From contig OZ076409.1 of assembly GCA_964187785.1 (NCBI GenBank), positions 66,342,001 through 66,406,000 on the forward strand: a DNA stretch of 64,000 nucleotides, in the 5' to 3' direction. A model generated the notes under the pieces. The model was not told the origin of the DNA. It was given only the letters and a program-made list of their open reading frames with translations, and did not search any database. This document shows, piece by piece, positions 49,791 to 63,070 of the stretch (position 1 is its first letter; each line of letters starts with the position of its first letter). Source of the stretch: Amphiscolops sp. MND2022 (lineage: Eukaryota). Both the position numbers and the translations under genes were made by a program.

Positions 49791-52700
49791 GTTTGTGACA
49801 AAACTGTATTTTCTATCTATCTCAAGCGTACTGAGTTCCAAATAAATTATAAATAAGAATGAGACGTTAACAGGTACCCGAGACTAATTACATAGATTAA
49901 ATAGCGTCTCATAGTTTGTCCTGTATATTCTTCTCATTCTTCATTCCCCCTCCATGATTGGATAGTTGTTGTCCAATTGGGGGTTCGAGTTTTGTTTGTC
50001 GGCGGTAGGACGACCCAAGCTTTGTGTTGCCACGGTTTCTCCGGTCGCGTCATTTGGTATGGTCCGGTCGTTATGAAGTTCTTCCGGACTAGCTTGTTGT
50101 TTGGGTATCTTCACTCGTTGGTTGGGCTCGCTTCTTGGTTGAGCCTTTTGACGGTAATTCCTGTAATCAGAAGGTACTTGATTATTCAGTCTAATTATTG
50201 GGTTCGTTTCTGTTAAGCGTTTTGATCTGCGTAGATTATGTTCTTTTGTTTCTTGTTCAATTTCAGTACTCGAACTAAGGTTACTCAACAGTTCTAGTTC
50301 GGAGTTTTCCAGTTCATCTTCCTCTTCCTCCCCTCTTTTAGGGGTTTTTGTAATATTATGACAGACCTTACCGTTAGGGTCTTTGAGGTGTATTTCTGTG
50401 TCCGCTTTCCTAGCGTCTTCAATAGCGCGGTCGACAGCTTCGGTGGTCATGTTTTCCGTCACTATAGTCATTGGTCCAAATGTGGCTCGTGATTGGACCG
50501 TTTGTGGTGATCCCCGGGATGAAGCCGAACCTAACCGGTTTCTGATCAGTTTTAAGGGGCCTCCTCTTCCCAGAGTACCGCTCTTCGTGGGGGTGACTGC
50601 TACCCAGTGATTCCGGATCCGTGTCTTCGGATTCGCCGCCGGGTCGTGTATGTTGAAGGTCCGGGGTGATTTTGTGGATCGGCCATCCGGCCCGCGGGGT
50701 CCAGTTCCTCTGTTTTTTGGTTCCTGTGCAACTTCAGAGATTGGTTTACTTATATTTTCTCTATGTAAAATTATGTTATCGGCCGTTGCGACGGTATGAT
50801 TTGTACCCGATATAGCTACTTGGTTTTTTTCCGAATAAGCGGTACCAAATTTTGGTTTTGATAATTTTTTTCGTGAAAAAGGAAGGGGTAGTTACTAACT
50901 CCTTAGGCTCCTTTCTTCTGTTTCATGGGTAGCTGGTCAGAGACACCGCCGGCTCCGTTGAATGAGTACACCTGTAAAGTGTCTGGTTTGGCTGAAATAC
51001 ACGTTTTTGTTAGTTTTTTCAATGCGTCAATGTTTAATAGGTTGCTGATTTCTGTGTTTGGTTCACGACCTTAGTGTAATTCAAATGTGGTTTTATTAAG
51101 TCTTGTGTGGGGTGTTTTTCGCATTACATCTAAGGCCATGTCTAATGCTTTTCCGAAGTTTTAGCCCGCTTTTATTTTGATTAACAGAAATTCTTTCAAT
51201 GTTTTTACACCCTGTTCCACCAGTCCGGTGGGAGTATGTATGTACGGTGTTCCGTAAATCAATTTTATATGGTGTTCTTGACAGAATTCTCTAAATGACC
51301 AGCTTGTGAAATCGTTTGCCTTGTCCGTTCGGATTGTTTTCGGCATGCCGTTTATAGTTTTGTATTGTTCTTAAATTTTTACCGCAGTTTGGCTTTCCGT
51401 TGATTTACAGAAACTAGCCGCGGGCCATTTACTGAACCGGTCCATTGAAAGTAAAATGTAAAATTTACGGTTTTTTTCGGCTATTGGACCGATGAAGCCC
51501 AATTTTTTTTCCTCGTTTGGTTTGTTTAGCGGTGGTAATTGATTTTTTTCCGTACTTGTTAGTGGTATGTTAGGTTTGTTGTTCATACCGGCCATTTTCC
51601 AGGGGACGCTTTTGTCACATTTCTTCAGAATGGCTTCGGTAATCCGCGGCCACCAGAAATGTCTTGCTGCCATTGACATTTTGTTGATTGCTGGGTGTCC
51701 CTTGTGTAAGAGGCTGATGACCGTCGTTCTTAGGTTTTTCGGCACGATAATTTTGTCTTCGTAAAAGGCCAGTCCACATCTTGAAGATAGTTCCTTCTTG
51801 TATATGGAGTATTCTTCGGGGATGATATCGTGTTGTTGCCGTTCGAGGCATACCAGAGTTTTAAGGAGGCTCGGATCGTTAGTGGTTTCCGTCATCAATA
51901 GTTGTAGATCGGTTGCGAATTGTTTTTCCGTTTCCCTGACGGCATTTCCCAAGTCCCAGTTGTTTTGTTTAATGGCGTCCACTTTTGGTGCGTGCCCCAT
52001 TTTTATGTACTGGACACTTTTCACGCCCACGTATTTTGCCCATTTGATTACCGGGACCTCCATACTGACGGGTCTTGTTCTGAGTCCGATCCGATCTCGC
52101 CTTCCTCCATCAGTGTACATTGTTGTTGTCTTGGGGGCGGTGTGTTGTCGTTTTCTGTTAGAGCTTGTTGGCGTTGTGGACGGTCCGTGTCCCAGAAAGG
52201 GTCCACTGTCCATTGTTCGTTTCCTCTTTCCTGTGGTTGGAAGTCTTCGGGTTGATTTGAGGGATTGGTTTGTGAATTTCTAATTGCGATTTGGAGTTGC
52301 TCTTCAATGATTTTCCTTTAATTTCGTAGGAATCTCGGTTCATGGTATTTCTTCCAACGGCCACCGGACACTCTGTATACTCCCGGTTTTACTATATCGC
52401 TCCATCGTGCGATGAGATTTCTAGTTTCCGCGGAAGGATCGGCCAGTTCAAGATTGTCAATGGTGTGTGCGTCCATGATTGAAATTGAATTATCAAGTGC
52501 GGTGTATGCGCAGCTATTTGTTGATCGATTAAGGCAAGCAATGGCAGTTTTATCACGCGTTTTGAATTGTTTCGGTTTGTTACGTAAGTTCTCGCGTTGT
52601 GATTGGTCGGTTTGGTTGCTAATTGTTCATGAATTTGAGATGCGGTACGATGTTGTTAATTACGTATTATTCGTCGTATGCGTCATCCGCTTGTGGTGGG

Positions 52701-55700
52701 GTGGTCGGATTTCTACTGAGATAATACGTAAGTGCCAAGTGTTTACCGGGAATATGGCTTACGTTAATTGAAAAGTGAGCTAATCGGTCCAGCTAATCGG
52801 TCCTTGTTAGCCTGGCGCTAAACGTTTTGTTTGAACGGTTGCGTTTAATGAGAGTCTCGAGTGCTTGGGCTGTGAGTAATTTTATTGGTTTGCCGTAAAT
52901 ATATAAGCGGAAGTGTTCTAGACCCCAGACTACCGCTAACAATTCCAAATCATTGATTGCATATTTCGTTTCCGTGTCTGAAAAGAAGCGACTGGCAAAT
53001 CCGATCGGTTTTAATTTTCCGTCCGGTTGTTCTTGCCAAAGCGTGGCTCCGTGGCCTGTTGTGCTCGCATCTGTAGTGATTATATTTGGATAGTCTGAGT
53101 TATAATGTGCCAGACACGGTATCTCCGTGATTTTTTGTTTTAAATTTTCAAAAGCTTTTGTGTGTTCTGTGATCCAGTTCCATTCACTGTCCTTTTTTGT
53201 AATTGTCTCAAAATGTCCGTTTGAGCTGCGAGATTTTCAATGTTTTTGGACAGATATTGGATCGCTCCTAAAAAGGACTTTAGTTCTTTTTCGTTTTTCG
53301 GTTCTTTTAGTTCTTTTATCGCCAGTAGTTTGTCCTGTAACGATCGAATACCGTTTTGGTCAATTTTATGACATCCACTCTATTTCCGTTATGAAAAGTT
53401 TGGACTTGCTTTCGCTGAGATGGTATCCTGCGTTTTCCAAATTTTCCAAATTTCCAAACGTCGATTAGTTCTTCCATGTGTTTTTGCTTTGAGCCTTTTG
53501 TTACTACGATTATAACGTCTAACCGCGCTGGGTGTTTGTTTTCCGGTGTTTGGTCAATTGTTTCTTGAAAAATTGTGGGGATGTCTGCTAACCCGTAAAA
53601 GCCTTTTAGGAACCGGTAGTATTCGGTGAAATTGCCACCGGTTACCGCAAATATGCATAGGTCCATTGCTCTCCTTGAGAGTTTTAATTGACCGTACGCG
53701 TAGTCAAGGTCAAATTTTGAGATCCAAATTTCGTCGGCTGGTCCGTCCGCTATTTTTCTGGAGATTCGGGGTATTAACTCCTCCATGTTTGGCATTTGTG
53801 CCTTTCTTTTAATCGTAATTTCATTCAATTTTCTTGAGTCCAAGGCTATTTTTACTGATTTATCTTTTTTGATTGTAATGACGGCCTGGCTTACGAAACA
53901 ATTTTCATCGATGTCTTTTGCCTTTTCGATGTGGCCCTGTTTTTTTAGTTTTTCAATTTCTTTTTCTACCGCGGGTTGTAGGTGGATTGGGATAGGTCTC
54001 CCTTTTTGTTGAATCAGTTTTGATCCCTCTTTTAGCTGGATGTCAACCTCTACATTTTTTACTGTAGGTTTTCTGTAAAATGTTTATGGAACTTACTTTT
54101 GAGTGTTGCTATGTCAGCGTCGGTTCCGTTGTTGTTTTGGTCCGGTCTGCTAATGTTATTTATTGACTGGTGTGGGGTTTCCGTTTTCAGAGTTATTCCC
54201 AGTTCCTTCATCCAGTTGAGACTGAACAGCGGGTGTATTTGTTTTGTGATTATCAGTACTTCCAGTTGTTTTGATTTACCGTCGATTTCTATGTTTGCTA
54301 AGGTCTTACCTTCAAACTTTATTTTGTTGTCGTTTACGTCCCGGTAATCTTCTGATACCGGTTTAACAGCAGTTATTTTGTTAAATTTAACTTTGGTATT
54401 AGTGCTACCGGTGAGCCTGTGTCAACGATGAATTTTATTGGTCGGTTACTGACCATAGTGTTCTTGTGTAGAACGGAATTCCGTTCATATTCTTTGCTCC
54501 CATTGAATTTCTTTTCTGTTGTATTGAATGGATTTTGTCGTTCATCTGCACTTTCTGCTTCTTCGTCAGCGATTTGGTTCATCTTCCTCGTTGATCTGCA
54601 GCATTTTACGCATTTCTTTCCTCTGGCGGGACATTCATGCTGTTTGGACCAGTTGGGTCCACCGCATTTGTTGCAGTCCAGTCGTCTCGTCATCGGGTAA
54701 CGTTCGGTTTGCTCTTTATTATTCGTCAATTTTCTCTTGTCTACGTGTCGAATTTTCTTTTCTTCTTCTGTTTCTGGGGATTCGTTAAGTTTTTCATACA
54801 TGTACTCATGTATTGCTTCTGTAATGACTTCTATTGACATGTCGCTTTTTTCTGATTTTCTTTTTTTGTTCAAAATCCCCTGTGGATTTTCCTATTAAGG
54901 AAAGGAATTTTGAAGCGATAAGTTCAGCTGCTGCTATTGTCTCAAATTCACAGTTCTTTTCGACGTCCAGTATTCTCTTCCATACGTCTGCAGCCTTTCC
55001 GTTTGTTTCTCTTTTTAATTCGAAGAAAGCGGCTCGACTATGTTGGACGTTCCTCTCTGGAGTGACGTAAACGGAATAGGGTGTATAGTTTGTGTAGTGT
55101 AGCTAGGTTTACGTTCTCTTACCGTTTTGGTCAATTCTGTCAATGCACTTTGTCCGATTGCCCATAAGAAGGTGTTCTTTATCTCCAGTTCCAGTTGTTC
55201 TCGGTATTGTGGCAGCAATTCTTTGGAGTTTGTCATGGTTGACAAATCAGTATCTTTGGTCATTTTGATATATTGTACAAATTTCCGCCACCAAAGATTT
55301 GCACAGGAGCTGTCGTCTTTCTCTAGGCTTGGTATGGATAACATCTGGGTACACGTCCGGTCACCCGTCGTGAATGTCTGGTCATTGGGTAGCGAGCGGC
55401 TACTTGTTGACTGATCGGTTGTCCGATTTTGTTGGCTTCCCGTTAATGGGGAAGTGTTGTTGGAGTCGTCCATTTGTAAGCTGTTGTAGGTTCTCTTTTA
55501 TCAGTTAAACTGACACTGACTGCGCCATGTTGTAATGTGAAATTACAAGAATTTAGTTTGTGACAAAACTGTATTTTCTATCTATCTCAAGCGTACTGAG
55601 TTCCAAATATAATATGAACAAGAATGAGATGTTAACAGGTACTTGAGACTAATTACATAGATTAAAGAGCGTCTCATAGTTTGTCCTCTATATTTTTCTC

Positions 55701-55708
55701 ATTCTTCT
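49763..55708 (-). mobile_element. Full-length decayed Ty3/gypsy LTR retrotransposon
   Basis: 181-bp LTRs 49763-49943 and 55528-55708 (about 15 mismatches by hand count); TSD ctttg (49758-49762 and 55709-55713); PBS tggcgcagtcag (55516-55527); PPT at 49944-49953. Confidence 0.95.
49941..55473 (-). pseudogene. gag-pol with multiple frameshifts and stops
   Basis: Zn knuckle CNKCGG...HEC, protease FIVDTGS, RT SKFDLDYAYGQL, RNase H TTDASTTG, integrase HKGHP, MDRFSKW, IRTD, GLVEQ; order PR-RT-RH-IN. Confidence 0.93.
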
Positions 55709-55809
55709 CTTTGTGTATTCAAAAATAGAACCTTCCGTGATTATTGAAATGATGAAAAAAAAACATGAATATGTCGGAATGACAGCTCTAAGAAACCAAG
55801 TTTCTCTAG

Positions 55810-56207
55810 TGCCCATCATCCTGAAGCCAACCCTGGCCTACCGAGACGAAGCAAAAGCTACGTTGACTTACTCGGATCTGTGAACGGTCCGAACGAACCC
55901 TTGTCACCTCCCAAATTAACCAACAAGTACAGCGAGGAACCCAACTACCCCCAAATTCGATCCAGCACCATGGATCCTGGAACCAAACTGCGGGACCCTG
56001 GAAACTTTTCTCAAGCAGTGCCTAACACGCCACCGTATGATAATGTAGTTGGCAGTCACGAGGCTTCCGACCAAACCCTGGATGACGAATGGTCACTTAG
56101 TGGGTTTAGTAACGTGGGGTCGGACACGCAAATGGGGTCTGCGAGTTTCGAGAGTGAGAATAGCCCGTCTTCGGGGAATGCGTTGCGGCAAACGATATTT
56201 GACCCAG
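55810..56207 (+). CDS. Internal exon of the PDZ-domain gene
   Basis: Acceptor tttctctag, frame AHHPEANPGLPRRSKSYVDLL...IFDP, donor gtgagt; phase 2 in, 1 out. Confidence 0.8.
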
Positions 56208-56410
56208 GTGAGTCAGTGAACAAACATGAAACAGATGATTTCTCGTTTAAAGTTTTCCCAATCAATCTTTCCTTATCGACTAGTTAAAAAGTATCAACTT
56301 TTAAATTCGTGTCTCAGCGTTTGCATTTGTAATAATGAACTGAGAATAGATCTTTTTGACCTTTTTTGAGACTTTTTTTGACCTTGTTTGACCCTGTTTC
56401 GACGTTCCAG

Positions 56411-56645
56411 GTCACGTGGACAGACTGGTGTCTCACCTTAAGACCCTGCCCATGGTGCCTGGACCCAACCAAAACCAGGCCTTCAAGAAGAACCAAGAGA
56501 TGTCGCAGGCTCTACACTCTATTCAACACATCGACAAGTTCAGAACTGAGTCCATGAACAAAAAGAGACCTGAACGATTCAGTATATACAGTCCTGGGGC
56601 TGATGTTGAGTCATCCACGTACGACAGCTCGTTTGTCAATAACAA
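56411..56645 (+). CDS. Internal exon of the PDZ-domain gene
   Basis: Acceptor gttccag, phase-1 entry (GHVDRLVSHL...SFVNN), donor gttgga, phase 2 out. Confidence 0.75.
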
Positions 56646-57234
56646 GTTGGAACTTTTTATATCTGGCCTTGAGTTAAGAATCACTTTATGAGTGAGGTTT
56701 CAAGACTGGGATTTTAGAAATAATTTTTTGATTCCTATTTTGGCCGATAGTTTGTTCTATATTTTTACTGGAGTTCTAAACCTCCATGAAAGCGAAGGGT
56801 CACCCATTTGACGTTTTTGGTACTGCGTGACTTATTTAAAAAATCCATCCCCTCAGAGGGTCATCCTTTTGATTATTTGAATATTTTTAGAGAACAAAAA
56901 GTTTTTAGCATTGCGAGATTTTTCAAAAAAAAATAAGAGCTTTTATAACCTCGACAGTGATTTCGTTCTTAAATAAGGACAGCGATTTTTTCGCAATCAA
57001 TAAAAAAATTACGAAACGCAAAAACTATAAAACGAAAATTTGTCTTTTTTATCGACAATTTATTGGACTATCTGGGGTGAGTTGTTATTCGTGTCAATAT
57101 AGTTTTTTTCCGAGCCACCGGCAAAGCAACTGGAAAACAGTAAAAATTTGCAAAAACCAATGTAGTACATTTCAGAAAATAAGCGTTTTTTCCCAATAAC
57201 TGAGCAACTGATTGTTTTGCGAAGTTACTGTCCT

Positions 57235-57720
57235 CCAGATATTGTCGAAACTTGTCGAAATCAACTCGCCTAATGCAACTCGTCGAAAACAACTCGTCGA
57301 AATTAAAGGGCGGAAAAACTGGTCGACAATTAACTCGTCGAATAATAATTGAGTGCAAACTCGTCGACTAATTACAGAATACCCACCTGAAATATGTAGC
57401 GCTAATTTAATTTTCCTTAATTGATTTTTTGAATTTTCCAAATTGATTTGAAATTTCAGTTTTACGAACAATATAGCTTTTTTAGTTTTATAATTGCTTG
57501 AAATGTTTCACTTTTATAGTTTACAGTGTAATACTTCATAATAATTTTGAACTTCATAACACAATATGATCACGAAGTTGGCACGATATTTGTCAGAGAT
57601 TATTTTCCGTTCTGTCCACGGAGAGTTTTCCGGCGGATAATTTTTGGTGAGTTGCTTTTCGACTAGTTTTCCGCCCAGTATTTTCGACCAGTTGTTTTTG
57701 ACGAGTTTTCCTAAATCTAG
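57235..57720. mobile_element. MITE-like element with inverted aactcgtcgaaa subrepeats
   Basis: aactcgtcgaa units and gggcggaaaaactggtcga at left, mirrored by tcgactagttttccgccc and ttgacgagtt at right. Ends approximate. Confidence 0.6.
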
Positions 57721-58120
57721 TAACAAAATAGACCACCAATGAAAACGCTCATCATCGAAGAATTTTCAATGAAACTTTAGTTATGATTTCGACAGGCATT
57801 TGAAAGGGTGCGCTTTCACCCCAACAAGTGAAAACAAACTCCCAGCTTTTAAATCCCGTCTTGTTATAAATCTAATTTAAGTTCTTCTGAAATAATTTTG
57901 TATCAAAGACTTTTAAAATAGATAGGGCATTTTTTTAAAAAAAAAGCGAATGGATTCAATAAATTGAACCATGGCATCCAAAAACAATTTTATGTTCATT
58001 TTTTGCAAATAAATCACCAATCAACTAAAGCTCTGTAGATGACTTTCATCTTCTCTGTAAAATCTCCGTAAGTTTATACAAAATAGTTCAGTTGAAATTT
58101 GGAGTTTTTCTTTCATCCAG

Positions 58121-58190
58121 TCCTCTTTCTGCCGACGGGCTCTACTCAGCTGGTTCGATGAATGACGAAGACCAAGAATACTCAAAACCG
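58121..58190 (+). CDS. Internal exon of the PDZ-domain gene
   Basis: Acceptor tttcatccag, PLSADGLYSAGSMNDEDQEYSKP, donor gtgagt; phase 2 in, 0 out. Confidence 0.8.
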
Positions 58191-58265
58191 GTGAGTAATG
58201 CGCCTTTTTTTGTGAAATAATCGAAATAATGATGTTTTTTATTTTAATAAAACATTATTTTCCAG

Positions 58266-58306
58266 ACAAACGAGTACTCTCAGAACGAGTACACTGAAAT
58301 GATCAA
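58266..58306 (+). CDS. 41-nt exon of the PDZ-domain gene
   Basis: Acceptor ttttccag, TNEYSQNEYTEMI, donor gttagt; phase 0 in, 2 out. Confidence 0.75.
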
Positions 58307-58532
58307 GTTAGTACCCATTTTTCCAAACATTCAAACTGATAACTTCCCAGGTTTAGTGAAATCTTATCAAAATTTCAAAGTATTTACATTGAGGTATGTA
58401 CATTGATATGCATTGGTACACGGTATACAAGGTATATACATTGATCAAGATCTTGCGGATACTTTGAAATTCAGCAGAAAATGAGTCGCAGTACGTAGCA
58501 CGAGGTAGCATTCAGTTACCATTATCTTCCAG

Positions 58533-58726
58533 GCCCCAGAATGAAGTGGCTAACGGGGTTCTTTTGCGGAGAAACAAGGACGGATCTCAGGATATAGAGA
58601 TATTCAGATCAACTCCTGGGGCCTCCTTCGGTTTCTACGTCTACAAAGAGCCCGAGACGTCCCAAACGAACAAAAATGACAAACAGAGCAAGAACAATAC
58701 CCCTCGTAACTCTATCACTATTGATA
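58533..58726 (+). CDS. Exon with probable start of a PDZ domain
   Basis: Acceptor tcttccag, phase-2 entry, DIEIFRSTPGASFGFYV resembles PDZ betaA and GLGF loop, donor gtaagt; later exons not identified. Confidence 0.75.
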
Positions 58727-59560
58727 GTAAGTGTATTTATTTTTTTCATTTATTAAAAAAAAGAAAACGAGAAAAACCATAGAAACCTTAAGAGTGGAAA
58801 GTTTGATGCGAAGTATTTTGTCAAAGACACTTTAACTGTAGCCATGTTGCAAATTAACTTTAATAAACTCAGCACCTTATGTATTTAGAAGAATTGAGTT
58901 TTGCTCCACCTGAGTAACTTTACGTTAACTGGTTAACTTACAAGCCAGGAACTGTCCAAGTCGGCGCCCGAAAAGCGCAACCCTTATGGAAAGTTATCTA
59001 TAAACCACGATTGTGCGATATCGTACACGCCTGTTACTGAAACTACGGTTCATACTCATACAGATTCAAACTGTCGTATGTCCAATCAAAATAACGACAC
59101 TTCAAAACACTGTTTCCGGCGGTGTTACTGCCTTGAGTCATTACAGATTTCGTTCCGAACAAAGTGGTTTGTTGTTTGGAAGAACAGACATTGGACTCGA
59201 GTTGCATTTTAGAGTTTATTAAATCTAAATGGCAAATTTTAACTGTGTAAAATTCAATAAACCTTGAAAAAACTTCCTCGTTTATTATTCACGGGTGCAA
59301 CCAAGTCTCACTATTCGTGGTCACAACGTTATGTTCGGTTATTTTAGTCGGAATTTTCATTTTACAGGTTTGCTCTTTGGAGTCAAATAGAGTCAAAAAA
59401 ATCCCAAAAAAATTATTCAAGAAGTTATGCAGAACCGTTTAGAATAAAACCATTTCAAAATATTATTACGAGTGAAAGTCACTTGGAGTCGAAGTTTCAC
59501 CGCGCGTCTTGAGGGTGTAACTGGCAACTTACATTTATGTAACTAGCGTCTTTACATTAC

Positions 59561-61280
59561 TGTCGCTGGCTGCCGCCTGTGATGGTACCAGAATAACGAC
59601 ATCGATGATCGGACAGGAGGCGGTGGCAGGTACCTTACCAATATATTAGAACAAGCTTAGACTGAAACTCATTTTGTCAATTTCAGTATTTTAGAAGTGT
59701 TCTGTTATGTAAGACTATTAGCTTGTTAACGTTGCTAAACTCATCAAGTTATTCTAATAATTTGACTTATTCATTCTCCTATTTTATTAGTCTGGTAACC
59801 TTGGCTGATTGATCAGTCTCAATGTAAAAGCAATGTAAAGATTGACATATGTAAGCTGTGGTGAGTCTACTATGCTCTAGAAAGGAAACGTGTTCGAGTG
59901 CAGAAATGTCCTTTCTCGGCAGCGTTGCTTACTAGCGCAAATATAACCAATCACAGACCCTCATTATTGTAATCCAGTTTAATTATTTGCCGGTTACGGC
60001 CATTCAACTAAATGTTTGTTGTGTAGCAGTAGTATTTAGGCAATTAGCCGGTTCCGGCCAAGTAAATTACCACTTTCGCAAGACGCTAATATTTGGTACA
60101 AGGTTTGATTAGTGCTTGCATTTGTGCTATTATGGCCATTTCACAATGAAAGAAGTTACTATTAGTGTTTGCAGTTTTAATTGTTGACTTGTTTTGATGT
60201 TGATGATACCTGACTGCGGACCTATTCCGGCTAGTCCTTGAAATGTGAATTTATGCCCAATGGCCTTATTTGGTTTTATTGGTAATTGTACAAAGCATGC
60301 AATATGGAGATTATTGCCTGAGTGTCAACGCATATTTCAAATATCTTCACCCCTTCATTGATGATTTGAAGAATTGCTAGTTAAGAGCAATATGATATTT
60401 CACCTGAAAATGCCTTTGAAGTATTGCATTGGATGTACCATGTTTCCACCGATTTTTTGATATATCCATTTGTTGATGGCTAAGTGCTGATCTCAGAGTG
60501 TAGTTGTGGAAGGTCCAATGACATTGTTCTTGATATTGTTGACATGTGGATACACAGGAATGTGGTTGTCATCCCTATGGGACTATAAATACTGGTAACT
60601 CTCATAGAGAAAACACAATTTTGTAAACCGCTTTGTTGTTCAACCTTACTCAATACCACATTTTCGGATTAAAATAATTCTACTATTTACAATGGGAAAG
60701 TCTTGATGCCTATTACAAGGAAACAAAACAAACCCAGAAAATCTAGAGAAGTAGAAATGCTATCAAACATTGAAAAGCTTCACATAATGTTAGGAGGAAA
60801 TAACCATAAAAGGGAGGAAAGTGTATTTAGTAATTCTCTCAGAAGGCCCAAAAGTCCCAGCTATAATACATTGGTGAACAATGATGTAAATTCTCACTCT
60901 ATCTCTATAGAAGATGAGGTCAGTGGTAATGCTTGAATCGGCCGAAATTCAGGAGAGATTGATTCAAACAGGGAAATCAATGGGCTGTCAGGGGAATTAA
61001 ACCAGAGGAACACTCAGGAAATGAGTGACCTCATGAGTAGTGTGAGTTCGCAAATACAATGAGCCATAAATGAAGCAATAAACGAACAAGTTTTTCCACA
61101 AATCCAGGCAACTTTAAAATCCGGCCAAGGACAGGTACAAGGGCAGAAGGTGGGAAGCTCCGGCGAAAAGTCCGGGAAGTAGATCCGAAGAAGTCCTAAA
61201 TCGTAAATTTAGAAGCAGTTCAAGAGATGAACTCCCTAGAAACCTAAATAGAAAGGATGACCTGGAGGATACTAATTACA
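59561..61280 (+). mobile_element. Solo long LTR (1720 bp), related to 27892-29499
   Basis: tgtcgc...ttaca termini, flanks attac / attag (5-bp TSD, 1 mismatch), TATAAAT at 60584, gag-like frame from ATG 60706. Confidence 0.85.
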
Positions 61281-62930
61281 ATTAGTCAGCTTTCCTTGCA
61301 AAACTCTCTTAGATATTTTTGAGACAAAACGAACGGATTGCTTCTGTGATGTTGATTCGTTGGAGATTCGAAAAAGTCTAGTATTTTTATGTAGATACCA
61401 CACAATCACATTTTGTCAATCACGTGTAACCCACAAAATATGTCAAAAACCACAAACAAGTTTTGAAAAGTTTTGAACAGTAAAAAACGAATTTACCCAA
61501 TGACTTAATGTGAACTCAGATCTAGAACTATTTCATTCTCTAACTATCAACCAAACTTCTCTTGTGCTTTGGAATCCATGTTTGTATTTCGGGCTGTTTC
61601 GAAAATGTATGAGAACGAAGCCTGCACCACTAATGATATAGTCAATTCTCATAAGACTTGATACTACGGTAAATACTCCATGAAGCGGGGTCAGCGATAT
61701 TGAATTTCGACATTCGACATGCATTGGGAGTGACCGTATTCAGTGTCATTGTCTGCCCAAGACACCGAAGTTCCCAAAGTAGACTTTTCTATCCTAAAAA
61801 CAGACTGTTTGATTTTCTGAAAGGAACAGTTCAAAGTGGGACAATGGATCAGAAGTTAGCTCCAATAGCTCACTTCGAAAACATGTAGATGAGACAGTGA
61901 AAGAAAAAGCAGGATGCATTTCCTGAACGCGTCTTGGGATCGGTATTTTATAATGATTCCTTGAATCATCCAACTCTTGTTTGAAATGACAGGTTAAAAT
62001 GAATTGTGAAACCGTTAACGGAGAGAATTTAGATGGATTTCGGAAGTGTATTTTTGAGTCGCGTTTCAAATTCAGAGAAGCATTCTGTCTTGAATTTGGC
62101 ATATAGATATTTCATGGTTGCAAATGTGTTTTGATACAAGGCTTGGACTTTTTTGTTATGGGAATTTTGGGTCGGGCACTACACCGTCATTGTTACGTTC
62201 CAATTTTGTCTTCAGCAACATTTTTGATGCGTCCGAACGGCGATGTAGGTGTTACTCTATCGATGATCTCATGGAACTTCCTTGCTTTCGTTACAGCACG
62301 TTTTCAAAGTGTCGATATCTGTATCAAAGCAGCAGAGTGTGTTTTGTTTCCAGATGGTTGTGGCTGATGAATGTTTTGATACTAAACCAAACAACTTGGG
62401 CTGTGATATTTTATATTATTCGATGCTATATGCTGTCTTCTGTGGAAATTTTAGATTTTCGGACGTTTACATAAAAATCACTTTATTTATGCAGGAAACT
62501 CAGGCTATATATAGTACTAATTTTAAGTCAGATTGAGATTCTAAAGTTTAGTAAAAACAGCTGAAAGGCTGACCATAGCCCATTTTCTTAATGCTTATTA
62601 CGCAAACCGGGTGTTTTTACAGTAGACCATATTTTCCACATATTTACAACGTAGAATCGACGTCAGTGATGTAATTGTTCGAATCGGCTAAGTCAGAGTT
62701 GATCCCTTAGAGCGAATATTACTAAGTATCACTTTTGGTCGAAAAGATTCTAAAATACCACTCTAGAAAACCAAGTGTGACAAACTCGAAAAACCCATCC
62801 CCGTTTGAATTCACTCAAATTGCTCAAAGACTAACAGTCAGAGAGACCTGAAATTTAGCACAAGTATACTGTTATGCTACTTGTTTATAAAAACGGAATC
62901 GAGCCGGAACCCCAATCCCTGGCTATTAGC

Positions 62931-63070
62931 ACCGGAAGTGACGTAGGTCGACCACCTACAGGCACGTCGGCGAAGCCCGAAATTAGTCATATAATTTGTA
63001 GAATTGATAGCCTATAGAATATTAAGCCGTTTGCGTGTTTTGCAGCGCGTAGGTAGAGCACCCTATAAAA
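62931..63070 (+). promoter_or_regulatory. Possible promoter motifs (ETS-CRE composite and TATA)
   Basis: accggaagtgacgt at 62931-62944 and tataaaa at 63064-63070 in a locally CpG-rich stretch; no linked gene found. Confidence 0.25.

Noticed and set aside
61500..62540. Several overlapping 60-120 aa ORFs
   Set aside because: No recognisable domain and no phase-compatible PDZ continuation found; likely decayed repeat or chance
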